Positions 63,144 to 64,000 of a DNA stretch of 64,000 nucleotides are shown here, one piece after another (the stretch's first letter is position 1; every line of letters starts with the position of its first letter). The translations under genes were made by a program, and so were the position numbers. Below the pieces are notes generated by a model. The model was not told the DNA's origin. It made no database searches and saw nothing but the letters and a program-made list of their open reading frames with translations. The DNA is from Pseudovirgaria hyperparasitica (lineage: Eukaryota). The stretch is from NCBI GenBank assembly GCA_010093815.1, contig ML996565.1. One strand, given 5' to 3'.

Positions 63144-63929
63144 TCACTTCAAGTTCCATCTTTTTGCCATTTCGATACCTTCAGCCATCGTTCCCACACG
63201 TGCATCTATCGCGTATCCTTCCTTCGCCAGCTTTATACACTCGGCATATAGGTCTGCGAGTGGGACTGCAAAGCACTCGATGAACTCATTCGCTTCCAGC
63301 TCCGGCTTTGGGTTCTGGTTCTCCGGCCTGCTTAGATCGATCGTGACATGCACCATCTGCAGATTGGTGGTACAGAAGCCAGGGTCATTCCACATGACCG
63401 GACTCACACCAAATCCTTCGCTGACAATGTCACCAGTGTAACCCGTTTCCTCTTTGAGTTCGCGCGCCGCTGCTTCTTCTGCAGACTCGTTCGCGTCGAC
63501 CAAGCCAGCCGGGACTTCGATGCATACGGCGGCGACCGGAGGCCGGAATTGCTTCTGGAGTAGAATGCACGGTTTTCCGGATGCTTGGACTTGTTTGACG
63601 AGTGGGTGAGCGCTATCGGGAAGCGCCTCAGAAGACGGCTGGAAAATGGCTGTAATACCAACGCCATCGATAAGTGAACCTTTTGCGCGTGTGCTACGAG
63701 ATGCGGACTCCCAGACTCGTTCTTTGTTCTCCGGATCGGTGTATGTTATTCTACGAGAAGATCAGAATCATATTCCGATGGACTCGTGAAGTGAGGTGGA
63801 CTTCTCAAGTTTCAACCATTTGGCTTCGCCGGCAGTCTGTGTTGTTTGTGTCAGTGCGTGAGTACGTGCATGCGCTGGAAAACGTACCAGTGACTCGATC
63901 TTTTGGATCTTTGAACTGTGGAGGGACAT
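63144..63929 (-). CDS. YSA1: ADP-ribose pyrophosphatase (Nudix, Ysa1/NUDT5-like)
   Basis: EAKWLKLEK|ITYTDP...WESASR, QFRPP...CIEVPAGLVD, Nudix box GLVDANESAEEAAARELKEETGY, DPGFC, IDARV; two 5' introns; ATG at 63929. Confidence 0.92.
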
Positions 63930-64000
63930 GTTGAGCGGGTGTTTGAGAGAGTGAGCACTTCGAAACTCTGTATAAGTGCTATGCAAGTGAGTTGAACTGC

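Overview
Eukaryotic DNA from a filamentous ascomycete (Pezizomycotina-type genes with short GT-AG introns and CTAAC/CTGAC branch sites). About 20 protein-coding genes could be assembled by hand: laccase, F-box protein, Cid1/Cid13-like non-canonical poly(A) polymerase, isochorismatase, acetate kinase, Ess1/Pin1, Rpb9, mitochondrial uL14 (MRPL38), Pex8, Loa1/Vps66, kinesin-14 (KlpA/Kar3), a GT8-like protein, PKA catalytic subunit, class 3 lipase, Prp38, Iah1-like SGNH esterase, a RING protein, a Ysa1/NUDT5 Nudix hydrolase and several hypotheticals. The window also holds a tRNA-Val(CAC), a degenerate tRNA-like element, two clear pseudogenes (DHA1 MFS transporter, GrpB family), simple repeats, and a gene-poor stretch of about 9.5 kb (53.6-63.1 kb) with decayed gene fragments and a 38-bp-stem hairpin. 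The strongest signal is unusually long introns that also encode protein. The 429-nt second intron of RPB9 carries an in-frame alternative C-terminus with its own CxxC-x5-CxxC motif in place of the canonical C-terminal zinc ribbon. The kinesin-14 gene has a candidate 423-nt in-frame exitron rich in CDK consensus sites. The lipase gene has a 906-nt intron containing an alternative in-frame start. All calls rest on motif recognition and manual splicing only; no database searches or transcript data were available.
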